Assembly: GCA_958295905.1 (NCBI GenBank)
Contig: OY282382.1
Coordinates: forward strand, 3,942,910-4,006,909
Source: an uncultured Vicinamibacterales bacterium
GTDB lineage: Bacteria; Acidobacteriota; Vicinamibacteria; Vicinamibacterales; UBA8438
Reading direction: 5' to 3'
Length of the DNA stretch: 64,000 nt
The number at the start of each line of letters is the position of its first letter. The stretch's first letter is position 1. Below are positions 57,107-64,000 of the stretch, one piece after another. Position numbers and translations under genes: made by a program. The notes beneath the pieces were generated by a model. The model saw only the letters and a list, made by a program, of their open reading frames with translations, did no database searches and was not told where the DNA came from.

Positions 57107-60000
57107 CGGGGCGTCTCCGGCTCCCCGTTGACTCCCGCGGAAACGGCGTGGTCCGCGCGGATCACGATCGCTTCGAGCAGCGCCAGTCCCCACGGGCCGA
57201 AGCGGTCGTTGAGCCGTGCGAAGCGAGCCGGCTGATCCCAGTCGACGACGCCGAGATCGGCGGGCGCCTCGACGGACGAGCCTTCCACCGTCGCGGATAC
57301 CGCCTCGAGCGTGCCGTCGGAGACCGGCGGCACGAGCGGCCGGCCCTTGCCGTGGTGGCTGATCACCAAGTGCAGCAGCAGGTCCCGCTGCGCGGGATCG
57401 CCCCAGGCGGGGTTCTGCTGCAGCCATGCCCGCACCAGTCGGGCCGACAGATCCTCGTGACGGCCGCCCCGGGGCCATCCGGCCGCGACGCGCATCTCCT
57501 CCCAACGGTGACGCGGCGCGTTCGATTTGGCCACGAGCACGCCCCGCGCGCCATCCGGATCGAGCCAGCGCTGGAAACGCCGGTCGGCCTTGCCGATATC
57601 GTGCAGCCGCCCGGCGTGCTCGACCACGGTTGTCAGATCGCTCGGCAGCCCGATACGGTTCGCGATGACGCGCGCCCGCGTTGCCACGGCGTGACCGTGC
57701 CGGTCAAGCTCGATCGCGGCCGGGCCGAGCGACGTCTCGTCGAAGTCGCCGCTCCGCGGTTCGCGGTCCGGAGCCTCGACCCGGAACCGAGGCGCCTCCC
57801 TGCGGACTTCGACGACCCGCGGACGCAACGTGTCGACAAAGCCTTGCCACTCGGTCTCATCCCAGCCGTCCGGCTTGGGAGCCGTCCTGACCCTGGCCAG
57901 GACTTCCTTCGCCGCGTCGTCGCGCTCGGCCTGGTCGACGTCCTCGCCGTCGGCGGCAATCCCCCGCAAGGTATCGATGAGACCGCCGAGCGCAACCCCA
58001 CAGAGGCGCTTGATCGCTGTCGCATCGAGTGGCAGGCCATGTCCGGCCAGAGATGCATCCACGACCGGGCCGGAAGCGGCAGGGTTCCAGCCGAACGCAT
58101 CCAGCAGGCCGCGATCGGCCGGCAATACGATCTGGTCGCCGGGCCGCAGACCCGCGCCGGATGCCGCCTCCACCGTCACGCCGTCCGAAGCCAGGCGCCG
58201 GACCTCCTCGTCGCTCAGCACTTCGCGCACGGCCGTGATCGAGACATCGACCGCCTCGCGATCCGTGGCGCGCGGCCACAGCCGCTCACCGTTTTCGGGC
58301 ACATGGACGCGCCAGATCAGCGAAACCGTGTACTGCGCACCTGCGATGCCGCTGAAGTACGGCTCCACCGGCGCCTCGCCGTCAGGCGGCGTGGTCGTCT
58401 TGGTCCACTCCCGCAGAATCCCGGGCAGGATCTCCGGCGCGCGGTCGGAGTCCTCGCCCGGCGGCCCGAGAATCCCGACCACGCGTCTGGGCGACAGGTT
58501 CACAGTCCCGCCGTCGCCGCAGGCATCCTGCAATCTATCGCGGACGCTTGCGGGCTCCTCGCCGTAGACCGGCCAGGTGTCTGAGTCCTGGCCGGCGGCT
58601 CCGCCACGGCGCCGCGGCTTGGGCGGCGGCAGATGCACATAGACGGCGCGCGCATGCGCGTATCGTCCGAGTCGGTTCAGTCTGCCCAGACGCTGGGTGA
58701 GCGCCCGAACGCCGCACGCCTCGGTGACCAGGTATTCAGCGTCGATGTCCGCTCCGACCTCGAGCGTCTGCGTAGCGACCACTATCAGATGGCGTTGGCG
58801 GCCGACCGTCGGGTCGCGGGTCGCAGCCATGCCGTCCACGGGATCGAGGATGCGCGCCCGTATCCGCTCCGCCTCCCGCTCGCGTGAGAGCCCCGTCAGG
58901 AGGAGCAGCTCCGCCGCCTTCACCGCCTTCTGCTTGCGCAGTCGGTCGAACGTCTCCCGCGCCGTCTTCGGGGTATTGGCGAAGACGACACACGCGGCAG
59001 GGGCCGGCGCCGCCCCGATGAGCTCCAGCGTTGCATCCGCCAGACGCTTGGCGCTGTCACCGGTTTCGATCCGCAGCGCGAGCGGCTTCGCCGCGTCGAG
59101 CCGTTGTTGCACGATTGGGTGCGCTTTGTCCTCGCTGTTGAGGTCGAATCGCTCGCCGGCCGGCGACTTGCCGGTCGCCGTCAGCGCCACCACCCTGGCT
59201 CTCGATCGGGCTTCGCGGAGAATGGCCCGGGCGCCGGGTATGCACTCCGTGAGCGCGGGGAGCAACGCCGTCAGGTGCGGCGCCAAGTGAGCCTCGTCGA
59301 GCAGGACCAGGCTGTCGGTTCCGGCCATGGCGGCATCGACCGCGCGCAAACGTCGGCTCGATCCGTAGCCGCGAAACAGCAGTCGCGAGCCGTACATGGG
59401 CAAAGTGCACAGCAGAACGGCAGGGTGCGCCGGGTCAATCGGCGTGCGAGACCCGATGCCGCCGCGCAACCGGATCACTTCCAGCGGCGCGGCAGCCGGA
59501 TCGGCCGACAGGGAGCGCAGACCGTGAGCTGCACCCGACCGGCCGCGCAATTTGGGCATCCTCCGAGCCGGATCGGCGGACAGCGAACGCAAACGGTGAG
59601 CTACCGCTGCGACGACGTCTCGCTCCGGCGCTACGGACTCTGCCGACTCCGAATCGAAGAGCCTTGTGGCGATCTCTTCCGCATGTACGGCCGTCGAGTC
59701 GACCAGCAGGCGCCGGTTCACAACCCACCATAGGCGGGTCGGGGCGGTACGCTTCGCCGGGGCGCGGTCCGCCTGCGACGCCAGCCACCACACGGCGATA
59801 TCAAGACAGGCGGTCTTGCCCAGGCCCGTCGGAACACCGACCTCGGCGGGCCACACACCGGTCGTCGCGACCTCCTCGGCCAGACGCGTCTGCCAGGGAA
59901 ACGGATTGCGCCCGTTCAGCGCCCAATAGAACTCGGCGAACGTGGGCATGGGCGCCGGCGCAGCCCCGCCGCTCGACGTTCCGTTCCGTCGCTCAGTCAT
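57103..60000 (-). CDS. cas3: Cas3 helicase with a C-terminal HD nuclease domain (type I-U/I-G architecture)
   Basis: Motif I PTGLGKTACLD, motif II LLDEAHL, and a C-terminal HD (RLHDIGKADRRFQ; VISHHGKGRP). Start candidates are 60027, 60000 and 59949. Confidence 0.9.
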   Translation of the reverse strand: MTERRNGTSSGGAAPAPMPTFAEFYWALNGRNPFPWQTRLAEEVATTGVWPAEVGVPTGLGKTACLDIAVWWLASQADRAPAKRTAPTRLWWVVNRRLLVDSTAVHAEEIATRLFDSESAESVAPERDVVAAVAHRLRSLSADPARRMPKLRGRSGAAHGLRSLSADPAAAPLEVIRLRGGIGSRTPIDPAHPAVLLCTLPMYGSRLLFRGYGSSRRLRAVDAAMAGTDSLVLLDEAHLAPHLTALLPALTECIPGARAILREARSRARVVALTATGKSPAGERFDLNSEDKAHPIVQQRLDAAKPLALRIETGDSAKRLADATLELIGAAPAPAACVVFANTPKTARETFDRLRKQKAVKAAELLLLTGLSREREAERIRARILDPVDGMAATRDPTVGRQRHLIVVATQTLEVGADIDAEYLVTEACGVRALTQRLGRLNRLGRYAHARAVYVHLPPPKPRRRGGAAGQDSDTWPVYGEEPASVRDRLQDACGDGGTVNLSPRRVVGILGPPGEDSDRAPEILPGILREWTKTTTPPDGEAPVEPYFSGIAGAQYTVSLIWRVHVPENGERLWPRATDREAVDVSITAVREVLSDEEVRRLASDGVTVEAASGAGLRPGDQIVLPADRGLLDAFGWNPAASGPVVDASLAGHGLPLDATAIKRLCGVALGGLIDTLRGIAADGEDVDQAERDDAAKEVLARVRTAPKPDGWDETEWQGFVDTLRPRVVEVRREAPRFRVEAPDREPRSGDFDETSLGPAAIELDRHGHAVATRARVIANRIGLPSDLTTVVEHAGRLHDIGKADRRFQRWLDPDGARGVLVAKSNAPRHRWEEMRVAAGWPRGGRHEDLSARLVRAWLQQNPAWGDPAQRDLLLHLVISHHGKGRPLVPPVSDGTLEAVSATVEGSSVEAPADLGVVDWDQPARFARLNDRFGPWGLALLEAIVIRADHAVSAGVNGEPETPR

Positions 60001-61396
60001 CGACAGGAATGCAGAGCCCGAAACCACGTTGCCGCCCGGAGCCGATCACGACGGGTCCCGGCACCGCTTCAGCGAATCTGAGCTCGACGTGCGAGTACGG
60101 CAGTGCAGGCCGGCTTCGCCGGTTCACCTCCACGGGGGCAAGATCGAGCGCCCCCGCGACCAGGGGCGCGCGCGTCGACCGAAAAGTGACCGGTTCCGGC
60201 AGACCGGCGTGAAGGCACCAGCGGGTCACTTCCGCAAGGTCGAGGGTGCGTCGTCGTTCGTGGATCGCCGGAAACGCCGTCACCCAGGCGCGCGATTTGC
60301 GACGCCAACGGTCCGGATGAGCTGCGAGCGGTCGGTCCTCGTCTTCGCGGGGGGTAACCGACACGTCGACGCCACCACCAATCAGCCGGTTCACGGCAAA
60401 CGCCGCGTCACGGGCCATCCGGCGCGCGGTGACGTCACACCCCGGTGGCATCCACAGCGCCAGACCATGAATGCGTCCGCGCGACCACCGGTGGCCGACG
60501 TCCGGAAGGGCCAGATAGCGAGCAATGTCGTAGCCGCCCCCATTGAACCCGTGGCCATGCAACACGCCTGGCGGCTCTCCATGGAGCCGTTGGTGTTGAC
60601 TGAGGACCGCCTCCTTGAACAGCCTTGTAACCGTGGATATGCGGCGGCCCGAGAGGGCGACCGCAAGCCGCAGCCACGCCGCGACTTCGCCTCTGTCGAC
60701 CGGTTTGGCCGACCCGGGCGCGAGGTACGTCCTTCCATGCCTGAGCGCCGGGAACTGCAGCCGGCTCACCGACGCCCCGCGTTCGATCCACGTGTCGTAC
60801 ATCCGATCGAGCATCCGGAGATCGCCCGGCTCGGACACGTTGATGACGGTGTGGCCGAGCTGGTCGGGGATGAAAGCGTCGTTCTCCGTTGCCGACACGG
60901 GCAGCCGCGTCGTGACACGTAAGCGTACCGGCGAATCGGAGGCGCCCAGATAACCGATCCGCGCGGCGCGCCGTCCGAGGGCAACGAGAGTCGCTCGATC
61001 CGGGGATTCAGTGTTCCACGAGTAAACAACGACGGGACTGCGCGGCGTGACCCGCACCCCCGGGCGGTTGAGTGCCCCCGACCTGCCCACGTACTCCTGG
61101 TGGGTCGACTTCGATGCAGTGCCCTCGTGCCTGACGACGTATCGCGGTTCGAGTCGTTGGTGGCAGGGCTTGGCGTGCGCATGGATGACCGGTGGCGGCA
61201 ACCGTTCGAACCACGCCAGCTCCGCGCCGTCGGTCACTCGGCACCTGTCTCGCGTGCCGTCCGCCGCAACCAGCGCCGCAAAGAGGCGTGCCGGCGAGGG
61301 AGGCCACTCGCCGCGGATCAGGCGGCCCGTGTTCGCAGTGCCGTCCGGGTCGCCGCGAAACGTCCCGTGCAGAAGCTCCACCGAGATCGCCAACAT
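59993..61396 (-). CDS. csb2: Csb2 (Cas5u/Cas6u fusion, GSU0054 family)
   Basis: MLAISVELLHGTFRGDP....GEWPPSPARLFAALVAA is the characteristic Csb2 N-terminus. The ATG at 61396 overlaps the csb1 stop (ATGA). Confidence 0.8.
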   Translation of the reverse strand: MLAISVELLHGTFRGDPDGTANTGRLIRGEWPPSPARLFAALVAADGTRDRCRVTDGAELAWFERLPPPVIHAHAKPCHQRLEPRYVVRHEGTASKSTHQEYVGRSGALNRPGVRVTPRSPVVVYSWNTESPDRATLVALGRRAARIGYLGASDSPVRLRVTTRLPVSATENDAFIPDQLGHTVINVSEPGDLRMLDRMYDTWIERGASVSRLQFPALRHGRTYLAPGSAKPVDRGEVAAWLRLAVALSGRRISTVTRLFKEAVLSQHQRLHGEPPGVLHGHGFNGGGYDIARYLALPDVGHRWSRGRIHGLALWMPPGCDVTARRMARDAAFAVNRLIGGGVDVSVTPREDEDRPLAAHPDRWRRKSRAWVTAFPAIHERRRTLDLAEVTRWCLHAGLPEPVTFRSTRAPLVAGALDLAPVEVNRRSRPALPYSHVELRFAEAVPGPVVIGSGRQRGFGLCIPVDD

Positions 61397-62592
61397 CAGT
61401 CGGCAAGCTCCGGCCACGTCGAGCGGATTGCGGCCTTGAGGTTCTCCTTGGGCTTGAGCACCTTCGGGGGCTGACCCCAGCCGTCGAGCGGTACACACGC
61501 CTCTCTGGCGTGGTCCACCGCCGACCGCAGCAGCGCAAGGGTAGCCGTGGCGTCGCCGAGGTCGCGAGCCTCGTCGCCGTCGCTTCCGAGCCACGTCACG
61601 TTTCTCGATGCCGGCCGCAATTCAGCACCGGAGCGCAACGCGAACCCCCGTCCGAAAGCAAGCTGGTGGGCATGCAGTCCGAGCGCCACCAGCAGGGCTC
61701 GCGCCGCCGCGTCCGCGTTCGGCTGATCTCCACCGAGACTGACTCGACGGAGCTGCGCGAAAGAGACGGTCGCGCGCTGTGTCACCCACGCGAACGAGAC
61801 CGCCGCCGCGGTTGCGTCGCTACCCATGAACGGCACCTGGCCGTGGCCCATCTCGGAGAGCTTGTCCTTCTTGCCGCCGGCAACGCTCACCTCTTTCCCG
61901 ACCTCCCATTTCGTCCGGTCGTCCGGATTGGAAGTCACGACCTCGTCGGTGTTCAGGTTCAGGGCATCGCCCTTCAGTCCGAGGACGCGGGTCTCCGTCG
62001 AAGCGGGCTGCCAGCCGATGATCTCCGACACCCAGGCGCGAGCGTGCTTGCTGTTGTGCCGCTTCTTGCCCAGATGAGACTGCCAGAACCCGTACAGCAG
62101 CGCTTGCGGAAACCACGCCATCAGGGGGCCGCACGCCTGCGCGGTGGCGCCGAAGATGGCGCTTCCGAGCTTCGTCTTGATGAAGTCCTGGCCGTCCATC
62201 GTGGAGTCCCGGAGGTACGCATCGCCGTTGCGATGCGGGAACTGCAGGCTCGACAGGCTTGTCGGCAGATGCGCCGGCAGATGAGGCAAACCGGACAGGT
62301 CGAGTACGAGCTCGGGTACGGACGTCGATTCGCGGTGTCGGCGCAGCGCGTCTTCCAGCCGGTTGGCCTGCGACGGCACGTTGTCGATCACGATGACCGG
62401 CGTGGGCTCCGCCGCGTCCGGCGCGCGCCAGCGCCGATCCTGTTGATAGACACCACCTTCGTAGACCGCCGGTTTGACCGGTCCTCCGGGACCGGCCAGC
62501 GGTACGAGCTCCGTGTCGACCCGAATGCCGTCGTCGAACGAGTCGTCGGCGCAGCCGTTCAGCAACTCCGTGAAATCGATCATGTCGGCCAT
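61396..62592 (-). CDS. csb1: Csb1 (Cas7u, GSU0053 family)
   Basis: First gene of the operon. The ATG at 62592 lies 6 nt after GGAGGT. Size and position fit a type I-U Cas7, but family recognition from the sequence is weaker than for csb2. Confidence 0.65.
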   Translation of the reverse strand: MADMIDFTELLNGCADDSFDDGIRVDTELVPLAGPGGPVKPAVYEGGVYQQDRRWRAPDAAEPTPVIVIDNVPSQANRLEDALRRHRESTSVPELVLDLSGLPHLPAHLPTSLSSLQFPHRNGDAYLRDSTMDGQDFIKTKLGSAIFGATAQACGPLMAWFPQALLYGFWQSHLGKKRHNSKHARAWVSEIIGWQPASTETRVLGLKGDALNLNTDEVVTSNPDDRTKWEVGKEVSVAGGKKDKLSEMGHGQVPFMGSDATAAAVSFAWVTQRATVSFAQLRRVSLGGDQPNADAAARALLVALGLHAHQLAFGRGFALRSGAELRPASRNVTWLGSDGDEARDLGDATATLALLRSAVDHAREACVPLDGWGQPPKVLKPKENLKAAIRSTWPELAD

Positions 62593-62913
62593 GCGGCCAC
62601 CTCCGCGCGATTCCGTGACCCGACCGCGCCTGCCAGTGTCCAGTCCCAACTAATATTTGCTCGTGGCACAGGTCCGGTCATCCAGGCAATCGTTGTTGGC
62701 GCAGAACCCGAGGGGCGTGCTGCCGTGCCGGCGTCTGCGCCCGCCGGGATTACGATTCTCTTGTCGGTCGCTGCGTTCCGCGCCACCAGATCGGCGCGCC
62801 GTGCCCCACGCACGCATCGAAGACGTGAATGCCCGCAGCGACGAGGGACCGCTGAGTTGCGCGGCGTCGTGCTCGACTCCCTCCCGGCTCACGAAGCGCG
62901 GGCGGCCGGTTCG

Positions 62914-63432
<519 letters not shown>

Positions 63433-63684
63433 CGCTCACACCTCCAAAATGACCCGACGCCCGGGTTCGAGCTGCGGGTATCCCGCCTGATCCGGTCTCG
63501 GTGCGACGCCGGGTTCCACCGCAGGCCGCCGGCCGGGTCGGACGGGCCCCATTCTCACACGGCTGTCACGGGTGGGCCCGACCAACGGCGTCGGCCCATG
63601 CCGCGCGGCGGGCCGGGGTCCCCTGCGCGTGGGAGTCGCAGGCGGACTCGCCGACGCCGCCGGCTCCCGGCCCGGCGCCGGACA

Positions 63685-63934
63685 CAGGACCATCCCACGC
63701 TCCGCCACCGCCGTGCGCAGGCCGCATCGTGGCGGATCGTGGGGCTCCGGACGGGCGGAACCGTGGGTCCCACGCGGCGCCGACCGGTCGGCAAGACAGT
63801 GGCGACCCCGCCGCCGACGAATACCGGCGCATGCTCGCCGCCGCGGCACGCGGCGCCGGCCGGTCGGCAAGACGGCGGCGACCCCTCGAATCGGGGCGGG
63901 CCCGTCACGCGCCGTCAGCGTGGGATGCCCCTGG
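63685..63934 (-). repeat. REP/MITE-like element copy (reverse orientation) with a duplicated 36-bp core around a 37-40-bp insert
   Basis: caggaccatcccacgct...agcgtgggatgcccctgg. Core copies lie at 63771-63806 and 63847-63882. Confidence 0.8.
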
Positions 63935-64000
63935 CGCCGGACGGCATGCCCATTGAACCGCCCGCGGGGAGTTGATAAGGTGAGGCGTTCACGTTGGACG

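Noticed and set aside
62650-62892. 80-aa ORF immediately upstream of csb1; a possible extra cas or anti-CRISPR-like gene.
   Set aside because: It has no motif and an Arg-rich composition, and it ends in the low-GC stretch that more likely holds the cas operon promoter. I could not define -35/-10 hexamers confidently either.

Overview
Very GC-rich bacterial chromosomal window (roughly 70% GC by eye, not computed). An ADOP-type duplicated permease hints at Acidobacteriota or a similar phylum, which is inference only.

Layout:
- 1-24 kb: mostly housekeeping genes. These are purA, an M2/ACE-like peptidase, rnc, cutA, ftsB, initiator tRNA-Met, an acyl-CoA metabolism cluster, pgi/rpiB, a LytS/LytTR pair and two PP2C phosphatases. 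The left edge carries a decayed integrase/IstB junction.
- 24-39 kb: an accessory cluster of exported proteins. It holds four paralogs of an uncharacterised secreted family, a PQQ-like propeller, an MBL hydrolase, a TIM-barrel isomerase, an ADOP permease and a Sel1 lipoprotein. The intergenic regions are packed with tandem repeats and a REP/MITE-like element.
- 39.5-62.6 kb: a complete type I-U (I-G) CRISPR-Cas locus on the minus strand, csb1-csb2-cas3-cas8u-like-cas4-cas1-cas2. Cas3 has a C-terminal HD domain. A leader and a ~14.6-kb array follow, with a 36-bp repeat and about 200 spacers (estimated, not counted).

Most interesting observations:
1. At least five places outside the array show a direct repeat of 34-39 bp flanking a 35-41 bp insert. 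This is the same geometry as the resident array (36-bp repeat, 35-41 bp spacers). The cleanest case is an exact 36/36/36 structure with a low-GC insert inside a REP copy, where insert-free copies elsewhere in the window serve as controls. I read these as candidate ectopic Cas1-Cas2 integrations (neo-CRISPRs).
2. An ArsC/Spx-like gene that the ORF track truncates is restored by reading an in-frame TGA as selenocysteine. This gives a U-T-S-C redox motif, and a SECIS-like hairpin sits 15 nt downstream of the TGA.
3. Several spacer families sample the same protospacer in polymorphic or offset versions.

All calls come from reading the sequence and recalling family motifs. No searches or computations were run.
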